Assembly (NCBI GenBank): GCA_012295275.1
Contig: CM022669.1
Location: 930,001 to 994,000 of the forward strand
Direction: 5' to 3'
Source: Chrysomallon squamiferum
Taxonomy: Eukaryota; Animalia; Mollusca
Length of the DNA stretch: 64,000 nt
This document shows, in pieces, positions 1 to 12,757 of this stretch. Position 1 is the first letter of the stretch; every line of letters begins with the position of its first letter. Position numbers and translations under genes: made by a program. The notes under the pieces were generated by a model. That model made no database searches. It was not told the DNA's origin and worked only from the letters and a program-made list of their open reading frames with translations.

Positions 1-144
1 ATTGAAAAAGATTTATTATTAACTAATCTTTCGTTATTTTCTATGGTGATTATACGTCCAGTCACATATACATATGAACGTCAAAACACTATCAAAGAGT
101 TCATTTTTATCTAACCATACAGACGTTTGAATACCTCTTCCCAC

Positions 145-179
<35 letters not shown>

Positions 180-988
180 ATTTATAACGTGAATATAGAT
201 GATTACGGTTTATTTCATATCTATAAGCTGAATTTGAGAACTGAATGCAGTTTTATTTTTTGTTTTTAATAAAACATCAATGAAAAATTAACATTCGAAT
301 AGTTAAGTTATAAACAGGCACGTTTTGACAAATTTACAGATTATTTAAGATTGACAGTTTGTTAATTATTTGATGCAATCAGTGACAGAAATTCGCCGTT
401 GTCAGCTCAGCAAGCATCAACGTGTACAACATTTTTCACGGGAAACACAACAAATTCTACTTGATTTTAGAAACTGATATCTACATTTAATTAAAAACAT
501 TTTACAAAACTTAACCTAGTTTAATTTTTCAACAGTCTGTTGTTATAACAATAATATTTTATTTCTTGTATTATTTTACTTTTTTAGACACAATCCTGGG
601 GATTAAATTACAGCTAGCTCTGTCTGTTCTGCAATTTCTGATCTCTTTCTAACTAGGGTAATTTGATTAGCGACAAAATATATATTTCTGTACTAAAAGA
701 TAATACAGAAAACCTGTAAGTTGTAAATATTATTCATAACTATTCAGAATAACTTTAATAGAAACTTACAAGGGAAAAAATACGTAATCTAATACAAATT
801 ACTATCGGACTACAAAATCTTCTGTTACATGAAACTATTTTATAAAATAAACAGGAGATTCAATAGAAAATAGAGTTAATTCTTCAAACGCTCTTTATTG
901 TGATTAGTTAATTAATTATGATATATTTTTATATAGTGTTTTTACTTACAAACTTAAGTAAAACAAAACAATATTCCGTGTACAAATG

Positions 989-1930
989 TTAAAGACATTT
1001 GTCAGAGACATGCACAGTTTTTAAAGTTTGATTTCCTAGTTTCAGTGACTCAGAAACAAATCCAGGACGGGTGTCTTTTTGTCTGAAAACAAAAGGGTAA
1101 ATTTCATATAACTGACTGCACGGAACAGAAAACTGCTTAATTCCTCTGTTCTCTCTGTGTAAATATCCTAACGATTGACAGTTTTCAATTCCGTAACGCT
1201 TTATAAAAATTGAAGTCTTACAAGGCGTTGGAACAAAACGATCTTCAAAGACACGTAACTGAATTGGGTACACTTCTTCTTTTTTATATACAAAACTTTT
1301 TATGTTTGAAAATAAACCAGAAATCTGTTTGTCATCTTCCTTAAAGAAGAATATATCGATAAAAGGATATTTATATGGTTGCCCACTCAAAGGTGGAAGA
1401 TCTTTCAGATAAAACTTCCACTGAAAGTTTTTAGGAGAATACAGGTCATATCCAGGAACACTTGATAAAACCTTTTTAACCTTTTCCAGATCAGTTTCAA
1501 TTATTATCACATCGATGTCGTCATCCCAAGGAACAACTCCATGATGTCTGTAAGCACCAACAAGAGATCCTTCCCAGAGTAAACATTTTAGATTTCCTTT
1601 CTTGCAGGCTTCGAAGAATTTGTCCATAGAAAGAAGCATCTGAGAGTGATCGTTTACGGAAAGTCTCGGCAAAAAATGTTTCAACAGTTCATTTCTTTCC
1701 AATTTGTCTTTTTGTGGAACATACCACATGGGCATTGCTTTTATCGAGTCTTTTGATGGAATATTTAAACTCTTTAATGAATAGCTGGTCTCAGGTAAAG
1801 TTTGATATTTGTTGAAGAATTTCTCGAGAATTTCATGTTTGTACTTCAGGGAAGTTATGTAAACGATAGAAAAAATACTCAAACAACCAACAGTTAGAAT
1901 AAAAAATAAGTATTTACTAAAATTAGCCAT
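989..1930 (-). CDS. LicD/fukutin-family phosphotransferase, type A copy 1, intact, 313 aa, single coding exon
   Basis: ATG-to-TAA ORF with an N-terminal hydrophobic anchor ([19 protein letters not shown]). It has the LicD nucleotidyltransferase-fold motif WEGSLVGAYRHHGVVPWDDDIDV and a downstream YPFIDIFFF. Confidence 0.92.
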   Translation of the reverse strand: MANFSKYLFFILTVGCLSIFSIVYITSLKYKHEILEKFFNKYQTLPETSYSLKSLNIPSKDSIKAMPMWYVPQKDKLERNELLKHFLPRLSVNDHSQMLLSMDKFFEACKKGNLKCLLWEGSLVGAYRHHGVVPWDDDIDVIIIETDLEKVKKVLSSVPGYDLYSPKNFQWKFYLKDLPPLSGQPYKYPFIDIFFFKEDDKQISGLFSNIKSFVYKKEEVYPIQLRVFEDRFVPTPCKTSIFIKRYGIENCQSLGYLHRENRGIKQFSVPCSQLYEIYPFVFRQKDTRPGFVSESLKLGNQTLKTVHVSDKCL

Positions 1931-1969
1931 TGTTGTAGATAAAAGGTTTAAAGTTGTTTTTCTTTTCTC

Positions 1970-2043
<74 letters not shown>

Positions 2044-2554
2044 AACATTTATTAATTAATTTATTTATTTATTTATTGTTGGGTTTTTTGTTTTTTGTTT
2101 TTTGTTTGGTTGATGTTTTTTATTTTTTATTTTTTATTTTTGAGAACTTGCAGATTAAATCACAAATACGTATAATAACAATAACAAGTGAGTCTGGGTT
2201 TTCACTGACACATGCTATAACACGAGTCTGGGATGTTTCAGAACGTCACAGAGTCTTTGGCAAGAAAATATCTGAAAATTAACAAAACCTATTATACAGT
2301 TTGTCAATTCATTTAGGAGTAATTTCAGCTTTCTGTACTGACTATGTGTGAATATATGAAGACAGTAAATAAAAAAAATGCAGACAACAGTACAAAAGAC
2401 ATAATTTAAAAAAATGTATTATCATTCTGCAAAATCTATTATGAAAAAAATCAAAATCAAAATAAACATAAATAAGAAAATCTGTTTCATCAAATACACA
2501 TAATCCACATTAGTATTACTTTGTAGGTATTTTTATTATTATTAAATTTTCAAT

Positions 2555-3180
2555 ACATACCTGTTTAGTCGTAGTAGAACAGATGTCCTTTATATCCCTT
2601 TCCACCTTTTTCTCCCCACACAGAATACGAAAATATTTGTGTCTAGCTATCAGGTCTGTCGCTGAAGGTATTCGGCTGCACGTAATGTAGGAGGTACTCC
2701 AAAGCGTCTGAATTTATGGTCTGATATTCAGATTTGAATCTTTGATATATTATCTGTTCAGGCCATATGTCAATAACAACTGCATAAATTGAAAATTTGA
2801 AGCCTAATGCAGAAAGAAGCGTATATCTCAATCAGTAGTGCGATGGGTAGCTGCGATGTCATTGTGGATCAACGAACGTGTAACGTGAACGTCTGCTTTT
2901 TACGCTCATACGATTAAATTTCCGAGCTATCCTCGTACAAACTTGACAAAACAAAATACTAATCTTATCCAGTATGAATGTATTTACCTCTCGAAAACCT
3001 GAACCATAAACTTTTGTAAACTCTCTGTCAGGGCGCCAGTGCCTAAGATGCTCATCATCTTAGACGTCCAGAGGCTCTGTGACAGTAAATTCAAATTCAT
3101 ACAGTAATGTATTTTGGTGATGGTGTAATACATCACTAGATAAACGACACATCAACCACTGAAGAACTTGAGTTATTAAT
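2555..3180 (-). pseudogene. Decayed protein kinase-like relic (K3), unit 1
   Basis: Minus-strand fragments LHHHQNTLLYEF, MSILGTGALTESL, KISILFCQVCTRIA, LIHND(I/V)AA and ISDHKFRRF occur in kinase subdomain IV-VII order, with many stops and frameshifts. Confidence 0.45.
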
Positions 3181-3379
3181 TAATGTACAAACACATTTTG
3201 TAATCACACAAAATAAAATAAAAACATTTACGATTTTGGTTAAACCTAATTTAAGATACTGAACCAGTCAACCGAATCACAATTAATGACGGAATCTGTA
3301 ACGGCAGAATCATGATAGTTGTGTTACTAACCTTTTCAAGTTATCTAACAGAAGCTTTTTTTAATTAGCGAGCATGAAA

Positions 3380-4330
3380 CAACTTTCAAAAATATATTAT
3401 CGGAAACAACAGCATTTCATCTTTTAAAAGATAATCCACTCTGCCTAAGACAGACGTCACCACAGAATGTTTTCTGTCGAACCACGCTCATGCTTCTTCC
3501 CCTCCCAGTGGGAAAGTGACTGATTATGTCCATTTTCATCAACCAGAACCTCCTGAATTTTGTTTAAAGGTTCTTCTTCGTGAGCAACATTATAATTCTT
3601 TTCATAAGCTGTCGATTTAGCCCCCAAAATTACGATTTAATTTAAGTGATAAATCTGTAGTGATGTGATATCGGAGCCGATGACATATAGATCGTCTGAC
3701 TTTGCCTCCATCGTGGATAACAGATCATCAAAATTATTTAGACACATCACTTCTGGCAACATGTTAGTTGTAGACTGTGTTAAGGAGGGTTTCTGCAGAA
3801 AATCTGTGATGGATATAAACAGTTTACTTATTTCTGATGCACGAAAAAGGGCAAAAATTTACAGTCGCTAGACTTTAGTTTCTCGAATGTCGTAAAAAAC
3901 ATCATTTTTATTTATGTTTGTTCATTCAGTAGTATTTACCTTTCATTTGATTTTCTTCTGTGATGTGTGCATGGCCTTGGAAATAATATTCGAAGTGATG
4001 ATGAAATAAGTATGGTTAATTAATGTCAGTTCGTCAAATTAATTTTGTTTTGTTTAAAACCTCGACCAAAACATACTACATACATAATAAATAATAACAC
4101 ATTATATCTTTCAGTAAACGTTTCCATATTTTCCAGTGTCACTTCTAAAATCTTATAATTTGTATAAATGAAATTCAACTTCTGACCTATTTGCACTTAC
4201 ATTATCATACACCGAATGTGCTTTTGTAAGTACAGCTACAACTTAATTCTTTATCCACCCAGTGTTTGTCCATGAACTCTTAATGTGTTCGATGATAAAA
4301 GAAATTTGAAAGGTCAAAAATTAACATCTC
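3380..4330 (-). pseudogene. Decayed coding-like helical segment of unknown identity, lying between the kinase relics
   Basis: Long minus-strand stretches with few stops (LFRASEISKLFISITDFLQKPSLTQSTTNMLPEVMCLNNFDDLLSTMEAKSDDLYVIGSDITSLQ, then IVILGAKSTAYEK...). Parts recur at ~14500, ~24640-25260, ~37850 and ~44370-45300. Confidence 0.4.
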
Positions 4331-4659
4331 AGGTTTTCTGACTTATCCCTTCTACATGTTTTCACTCCGATTAATTTGGCATATAACAAAGTTTAATGTA
4401 TTATAAACAGAAGTGGAGTTATGAATTTTCATAGTGTTATTTCTCACTGTGTGAATGGTCTAGAGCAAATGCACAATTCTGCCAACTTTAACTTTTCTTT
4501 GGAAATATATGAAAAACAACTTTGCAATTATGTATTTGTCAATTTTTAACTTTTATCATCCAAATAACGATGAAAAGATAAAAACAAATCGTAGTCAGAA
4601 GTCAAACTTGTGTTTTACAAACAGAAAATCAATTCTGAGTAACCAATTGCAAATTTCTC

Positions 4660-5375
4660 AGTTTAAAGAATTCGCTGTATTATAAGAATTCTAAAATGTT
4701 TCAGTTTAAAGAATTCGCTGTATTACAAGTATTGTAAAAATATCTCAGTTTAATGTATTTCCTGTATTACAAGTACTGTAAAAATATCTCAGTTTAACGT
4801 ATTCGCTGTATTACAAGTACTGTAAAAATATCTGTTTAATGTATTCGCTGTATTACAAGTACTGTAAAAATATCTCTGACGTATTCGCTGTATTACAAGT
4901 ACTGTAAAAATATCTAAGTTTAATGTATTCGCTGTATTACAAGTACTGTAAAAATATCTAAGTTTAATGTATTCGCTGTATTACAAGTATTGTAAAAATA
5001 TCTCAGTTTAATGTATTTCCTGTATTACAAGTACTGTAAAAATATCTCAGTTTAACGTATTCGCTGTATTACAAATACTGTAAAAATATCTCTGACGTAT
5101 TCGCTGTATTACAAGTGTTGTAAAAATATCTCTGACGTATTCGTATTCGCAAGTATTAAAATATCTCTGACGTATTCGTACTGTAAAAATATCTCTGACG
5201 TATTCGCTGTATTACAAGTGTTGTAAAAATATCTCTGACGTATTCGCTGTATTACAAGTACTGTAAAAATATCTCTGACGTATTCGCTGTATTACAAGTA
5301 CTGTAAAAATATCTCTGACGTATTCGCTGTATTACAAGTACTGTAGAATGTCTCAATATAAAGTATTCGCTATAC
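4660..5375. repeat. Minisatellite with a 40-44 bp unit (gtattcgctgtattacaagtactgtaaaaatatctctgac)
   Basis: Direct tandem repeats, with period 40 at 5221-5340 and period 44 at 4921-4965. Confidence 0.95.
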
Positions 5376-5384
5376 AACATTTGT

Positions 5385-5490
<106 letters not shown>

Positions 5491-5520
5491 ATATTTGTAT
5501 ATGCATGAGTTTGTTTGTTT

Positions 5521-5860
5521 AATTTACTTTGCAAACGGGATACACGTCTTAATTATTTTGTCATGCACAGACTTTCAGCAATGATATGCTGTCCTCAAAC
5601 ACGAGTCGACCAACTACCTCAGAAAAAAATGTTTCAGCTCTGTTAGGTTGTTAGTTTTCAGAATGTCTGTCACACATTTTATCAGTATTTTCTAGAACAC
5701 ATACATTCGAGCTTCTTGTATTGGCTAAATGTTAACTGCTATTCAGATATTGTTCTTGTGATGCACGCCTTTCTTGGTCACATTCCCGAACCCTCCTTGT
5801 CTATTGAATCAATGTTTGTTTGTTATGCAGCAGTCCAGATTCATTATTGACACGTAACTA
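5521..5860 (-). pseudogene. Decayed Ser/Thr kinase N-lobe (K1), unit 1
   Basis: One frame reads RQGGFGNVTKKGVHHKNNI*IAVNI*...KILIKCVTDILKTNNLTELKHFFLR*LVDSCLRTAYHC*KSVHDKII. This matches the Gly loop, the AVK strand, alphaC and subdomains IV-V. Confidence 0.65.
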
Positions 5861-5928
5861 CGAACAATAAAATCTCAGTTTGTTTCTTCACGTATTTACG
5901 TACACAATAGTGTTAAATAAAACAGTCT

Positions 5929-6085
5929 CAGCACATCGAGATCGTCATCCCAAGACGTGATGTCTGTAAGCCTCAAGAAGAGATCCTTCCCAGAGTAAAC
6001 ACGTCAGGTTTCCTTTCTTTCAGGCTTCCATGAGTTTGTCCACGCTTGAGCATATCATCATTTTCTTCTTTCATTTTATTTAGAA
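5929..6085 (-). pseudogene. LicD type C fragment
   Basis: Reads [34 protein letters not shown], with a stop and deletions. Confidence 0.85.
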
Positions 6086-6984
6086 CGAATATCTTGATTC
6101 ATTGTGATATTTAAAATATTGATTTCAATCTTGTAATTACTGAGTTGAAGAGAAAGCCTTTGTAATAATAATTACATTTGATGTTGTTTCTTTCTTTTTA
6201 AATCTAGTTTTACACAGTTCTATGCACTATAATAATATTTACTATACAAAGCAATTGAAATGTTTACCCTTGTTTCCAAAAGAGCCTTTCTAATTTTTGT
6301 CCCAGTATACTTGTTTATGTGCACAAGTCAGTTGTCAAATCATGTTTATTAATTTCTTATTTCATTTGGTCATATACATACTTGTAGTGTGTTTATTTAT
6401 TGTAGATAGTGGTTGTCATAGTATTTTACAAAGTGTGCTAAGTAAAGTTGATTGAACTGATGTAAAACAAAGAGAAGTACATGTTACTGGATGTTAGACT
6501 TAGTCGTAAGTAAGTATCCCGGGGTTGTGTTTTTTTGTAGTATACAGATAATTTGTACACGGGTAGATATCCACCGTCAGTCAGTCTCAATGTTAAAACT
6601 ATCATCTTTACTCATTGTACAATATCATTAACATCATTAGTTCATTCACTTTTGAATGGACAGATGTTACAATTTAATTGTACTATTCGATAGTCGTATA
6701 TATCTTATGAAAAAAATTAAAAACTTTAATGTTAATATGTCAATTTAATCATGAACGTTGGGCACATAACAACTGAAATTTGACATTATTAAAAAGTAAT
6801 CTAATTGCACGATTCATTTTTTCTTTCTTTTTTTCTTCTATAATGTGTAAAAGCAAAAGAACAAAATTAAAAATTAAATTAGACAATTTAAAAGAAAATT
6901 AAAAAGAAGACGACAAAGAAGGAAACTATTTTGTTTTTAATTACAATCAAGATGGATTTGTAAATTGCTTTTAAAATAGTGTTC

Positions 6985-7654
6985 TGTTTTAATTCTTGAA
7001 ATGAGGATTCAGGAGTAAAGTAACTGACAGCACAGTGTATAATAAACACAACAACAAATACCCGTAGTTAGTACACAATGCGCATTGATCTCAGTTACAG
7101 TTGTTTCCTTTTACAACAGTGTCGTAAACTTTGTAATATTTTCTAAGTCACTAATTTATTAATGTATGCAAGTGTCAGGAGCGATATGGCATGGCTCAAG
7201 GTAGCTACATTTCATTTTGTCAGTTCAGATAGAGAGAATCAACATTTATCTTTTTTTTCTTGGCATATTTATTGTTGAATTGAGGATATTTATCAGAGCA
7301 ATTTGGCTGGCTAGCAGTGTCAGTCTGGTTTGAATAAATGTTTACACTTTAATTTTGTTGTTGTTTTGTGTTATTAACTTTTAGTGTTGTCTACACACAG
7401 CATTACTCTCATGTCTTTAATGCATGACATAAAACACTGGGTAATTCTTACATATTACATAATCTTGAAATATTTGTTAAAAAATTAAATATTTTACATT
7501 TGTAAAGTATTTCTACGCCATCCTATACATTCATATTATAGTTCCAGTCACTTATCACTCCAACAACAACGCTGACCTATATCGGCACATACAAGTATCA
7601 TTACCAGTGTGGTTCAAACCGGATACATGTAATCTTGTTGGTTATCTACTCTAT
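6985..7654 (-). pseudogene. Ly6/quiver(sleepless)-like GPI-anchored protein relic
   Basis: Exon-like 7577-7654 has a ttcttcacag acceptor, a signal-peptide-like MYPV*TTLVMILVCADI and a phase-1 G|GTCAGC donor. It is followed by SQPNCSDKYPQF, CCK-GNNCN (requires a 1-bp shift) and a hydrophobic tail YGYLLLCLLYTVLSVTLLL. Confidence 0.45.
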
Positions 7655-8093
7655 CTGTGAAGAAAGGACAATGTAAATAAAAAATTTAAAAAAAGACCAA
7701 AAAATAAGTAGAATGTAAATTTAGAGTTAATATTACACAATACTTAAAAGAGCTAACTTCAACACTTCACCTGATTTTTATTAATTAATTTATTTGATTA
7801 TTATTTTAGTTTATTTCCTTTTTTGAAATATGAGGTGCAGTAATCTTTACCAGTAAAGTGTTTCAAGAAAAGTTCTACTTCCATAGTATTCTGAACCAAC
7901 AAAGGTGGTAATTTATGATAGTGTGTTTGAAGAAAGTTTACAATAATAATTTTCTGTTTTAATTCTGGAAAAAAGGATTCAGGAGTAAAGTAACTGACAG
8001 CACAGTGTATAATAAATAAACACAACAACAAATATCCATAGTCAGCAGCACAATGTGCATTGATTTCAGTTACAGTTGTTTTCTTTTGCAACA

Positions 8094-8510
8094 GTCTGAG
8101 CGTGACATTTCCAACTTTGAGAGTTTCAACGACATAACCAGGGCGACTGCTTTTACGTCTAAAAAAATTCCGAAATTATCGTATAGATGGTAACATTTTA
8201 TATGAGTAATTTCCTGAACTTGTCCCTATTTATGGAAATACCATAACGAGATACATTTACTCTCAGAACCCGTGGGAATAAACCTGTCCACTCTGCAAAG
8301 AACACAAGCTAAACGGTTTTCAAAAACACGTAATTGTATTGGATAAACTTCCTTCTTGGTGTAAGCATGTGTATCTTGGAATATATGACTACTGTTCTGA
8401 TGAAATATAAAGATGTCTGCTTCTGTTATTTAGTCAACTGATGATGATCTGTGGAGTTGACAATAATGTTACTGATGTGTGACATAGCTGCCGGTCTGCT
8501 GCTGACCTTT
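8094..8510 (-). pseudogene. LicD type B pseudogene with the catalytic core deleted
   Basis: 8094-8417 aligns to the 3' part of 18850-19812. It is joined directly to sequence matching ~19535-19625, so the ~330 bp containing the WDDD motif is missing. Confidence 0.88.
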
Positions 8511-8734
8511 ATGTTTTACTTAGAACTATGTGAAAACTCTTTTAATACGAAACAGTAATCATTCTAGTTTCACTTTGAATAATGCATGAAACTAAATAAT
8601 CAATCTAAATTCATTGGAATAAATAAATGAACAGATAAATATATAAATAAATACTTGAATAAATTTTAGTCATATTATGATTGAATAAAACGTTATATAA
8701 ACAATTTTAACATTAATGTTTAAAAATAATAACA

Positions 8735-8778
<44 letters not shown>

Positions 8779-9099
8779 TGTCTATAGATATATATTAAAA
8801 GTAATTAATCAGTTACACATTTTATGTCAGAACATACAAAGCTATCTAAGATTTGATCACAGAACATAGAAACCTAAGATTTATACAGATTTATTTGTTG
8901 TTGGTGGTGGTGGTGGTGGTAGTGGTGGTGGTGGTAGTGGTGGTGATGTTGGTGGTGGTGGCGGTGGTATTGTCGTTATACTAGTTGTATTAATATCATG
9001 CCTCTCACTCTATTGCCTTTATGCTGTGTGAACAGGAGCATGATGATGGTGATAATGATAAGATAATTTCAAAAACTAATAATTTACTGAAAGTAACTT

Positions 9100-10045
9100 T
9101 TCTAAACATGAAAACACTATCAAATTGTTAATTTTTTTTTATCAAAACACACAAACGTCTGAACACGAATATATTATCAAACTGTACATTTTTAATTTTA
9201 ACACATACACTCTTAAACATAAAAACAGAATCAAACTGCACATTTTTATCTAAGCCCATAACCTCTAAATACAAATAATCAAATTAAATGTTTTTATCTA
9301 AACCTATAAACCTGTAGAGAAGAAAACAATCACATTTTTATTTAAACACATAAATTTCTCAACACGAAATATCAAACTGTACACTTTTATGAATAGACTA
9401 TGAAATTATCCATTTGTCTAAATACGAACAATCACATTCTAGATTTTTATCTAGACACATAAACTTTTTAACATGAACAATTTAACTGTATTTTTTTGTA
9501 TAAAAGTGCAGATTTCTGAACATGAATACACCATCAAATTGTACTTTTATCTAAACACACACGATCATATTGTACATTTGCATCTAAACACATAAACATA
9601 TTACAAAGAACAATCAAATTGTATATTTTGATCTAAACATCATTAGATGTCTTCTAAACAAAGACTGACTTGTAAGAAATATATTTTACAACGACTATTA
9701 ACTTAGGTACTTTTATGCTTCGATAAACAACGCGACACTATCAAATTATAATATTTTTTTATCATTACACATAAACGTCTGAACATGAATACATTACCAA
9801 ACTGTACATTTTTACTAAACACATACACTGCTGAACAAAAACCAACTAAAATAGTGTATATTTTATATAAACCCACCAACCCCTAAACACGAAATATCTA
9901 GTTATACAATTTTATCTAAATATATAAACCTTTAATGCGAACAATCAAATTGTACATTTTTATCTAAACTATAAACCTTTAAATGAACAAATTGTATATT
10001 TTTATCTAAACACCTAAACTTTAAAACATGATTTGATTATCTTCT
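9100..10045. repeat. Degenerate ~49-50 bp tandem repeat (atcaaattgtacatttttatctaaacacataaac family)
   Basis: Recurrent diverged units. The same family occurs at 20200-20680 and 32650-34220. Confidence 0.8.
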
Positions 10046-10331
10046 AAACAAAGATTTAGTTGTAAGAAATATATTTTACCACGACTATTAAATCATGTTA
10101 GGTACTTTTGTACTTCGATAAACAACCCGACCCTTAAGACTTTATGAGACAACAAACTGGGTCATCGATTTCAGTGATTCGTGACGAGTTTGACTTTGGC
10201 AAAATTACATTTTAGCTGTTTTATAACAAAGCTGAACCAGTGAATCAAACACACTCAGTAAAAAATGATAATAAAAAAAAATTAAATTAAATAAAAGTTA
10301 AATGATTGATGATGATGATAATAATTATAAT

Positions 10332-10392
<61 letters not shown>

Positions 10393-11816
10393 GTCCTAAT
10401 ATCAACAAGAATAACAATAATAATAATGTTTTCATTTTTCTTATGATATTTAACTTTTATTAATTTAGTTATTCTTCGATTAGTTAATCCTTGCTAATCA
10501 TTTAAAAGAAATTAATAATAAAAATAAATAACAAGTGTCTGATAATTGTCTGAATAATTTTGAAATTAATTTCTAGTCATGACAGTCAGTATAAAATGTA
10601 CTTAACACAAACCATATTTCAAAGAGATGTTAGTGAATATATTAAACTTGTCACGTTGACTTTGTAAGGCATTTTTGTATGGTGATCATCCCTCCAGTCA
10701 TATATACTTACGAACATGAAAACACTATCAAAATGTATATTTTAGTCTAACCATACAGACTTTGAATACCGCTTCCCACATATATACATGTAATTTATAA
10801 GCTGAATATAGATGATTACGGTTTATTTCATAACTATAAGCTGAATGTGAGAACTGAATGCAGTTTTATTTTTCGTTTTTAATAAAACATCAATGAAAAA
10901 TTAACATTCGAATAGTTAAGTTGTAAACAGGCACGTTTTGACAAATTTACAGATTATTTAAGACTGACAGTTTGTTAATTATTTAATGCAATCAGTGACA
11001 GAAAGTCGCCGTTGTCAGCTCAGCAAGCATCAACGTGTACAACATTTTTCACGGGAAACACAACAAATTCTACTTGATTTTAGAAACTGATATCTACATT
11101 TAATTAAAAACATTTTACAAAACTTAACCTAGTTTAATTTTTTAACAGTCTGTTGTTATAACAATAATATTTTATTTCTTGTATTATTTTACTTTTTCAG
11201 ACATAATCCTGGGGATTAAATTACAGCTAACTCTGTCTGTTCTGCAATTTCTGATCTCTTTCTAACTAGGGTAATTTGATTAGCGACAAAACATATATTT
11301 CTGTACTAAAAGATAATACAGAAAACCGGTAAGTTGTAAATATTATTCATAACTATTCAGAATAACTTTAATAGAAATTTACAAAGGAAAAAGTACGTGA
11401 ACAGATCTTGCTCACTAATACAAATTATGTCTGACTACAAAACCTGCTGTACAGTATTTTTACTGTATTTTAGTAACGAAAGTTATACTACTGAAACGGT
11501 TATGAAAATACTCTGAACACATTAAGAATACAAACACAATATTAAGAACAAGACCAAGATAAAGAAATACAAGAAGGAGAAGAAAAACGACAACAACAAG
11601 TAGAAACAGAAGAAGAAGAAGAAGGAGAAGAAGAGTTTTAAACATATGAAAGAAATAAAGTCGAGAGATTTAATAGAAAACGGAGTGAATTCTGGAATTT
11701 TCTCTTTTCTTCTCACGCTGTTTATTATCATTATTGAATTAACTCAGGCATATTATTTATATAGTACTTTTACTTACATACTTCACTAAAACAAAACAAT
11801 ACTCCGTGTACAAATG

Positions 11817-12757
11817 TTAAAGACATTTGTCAGAAATATTCACAGTTTTTAAAGTTTGATTTCCTAGTTTCAGTGACTCAACAACAAATCCAGGACGGGT
11901 GTCTTTTTGTCTGAAAACAAAAGGGTAAATTTCATATAACTGACTGCACGGAACAGAAAACTGCTTAATTCCTCTGTTCTCTCTGTGTAAATATCCTAAC
12001 GATTGACATTTTTCAATTCCGTAATGCTTTACAAAATTTGAAGTCTTACAAGGCGTTGGAACAAAACGATCTTCAAAAACACGTAACTGAATTGGGTACA
12101 CGTCTTCTTTTTTATACACAAAACTTTTTATGTTTGAAAATAAACCAGAAACCTGTTTTACATCTTCCTTAAAGAAGAATATATCGATAAAAGGATATTT
12201 ATATGGTTGCCCACTCAAAGGTGGAAGATCTTTTAGGTAAAACTTCCACTGAAAGTTTTTAGGAGAATACAGGTCATATCCAGGAACACTTGATAAAACC
12301 TTTTAACCTTTTCCAGATCAGTATCGATTATTATAACATCGAGATCGTCATCCCAAGGAATAATTCCGTGATGTCTGTAAGCGCCAAGAAGAGATCCTTC
12401 CCAGAGAAAACACGTTAGATTTCCTTTCTTGCAAGCTTCGAAGAATTTGTCCATAGAAAGAAGCATCTGAGAGTGATCGTTTACGGAAAGTCTCGGCAAA
12501 AACGCTTTCAACAGCTCATTTCTTTCCAATTTGTCTTTTTGTGGAACATACCAGGTCAGCATTGCTTTTATCGAATCTTTTAATGGAATATTTAAACTCT
12601 TTAATGAATAGCTGGTCTCAGGTAAAGTTTGATATTTGTTGAAGAATTTCTCGAGAATTTCATGTTTGTACTTCAGGGAAGTTATGTAAACGACAGAAAA
12701 AATACTCAAACAACCAACAGTTAGAATAAAAAATAAGTATTTACTGAACGTCGCCAT
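11817..12757 (-). pseudogene. LicD type A copy 2, with a single 1-bp frameshift (possibly an intact gene with a sequence error)
   Basis: 941 bp versus 942 bp for copy 1. The T5 run of copy 1 (cctttttaacc) is T4 at ~12301. The two ORF-track pieces otherwise reconstruct the full protein with [20 protein letters not shown]. Confidence 0.85.

Noticed and set aside
2552-2566. CAG|GTATGT donor-like site upstream of type-A LicD as a 5' UTR exon boundary
   Set aside because: It is present in units 1, 2 and 4 but reads CAGCTATGT in units 3 and 5, and no convincing acceptor precedes the ATG.
3665-3871. Plus-strand ORF repeated at 44971-45204 (and 24571-24795/44298-44546) as a small gene family
   Set aside because: These have non-ATG starts and are not kept open in other copies. 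They are better explained as the antisense of the minus-strand relic.
4660-5375. CRISPR-like appearance of regular ~40-bp repeats (also the 32-bp and 49-bp arrays)
   Set aside because: The units are head-to-tail with no unique spacers, there are no cas genes and the context is eukaryotic.
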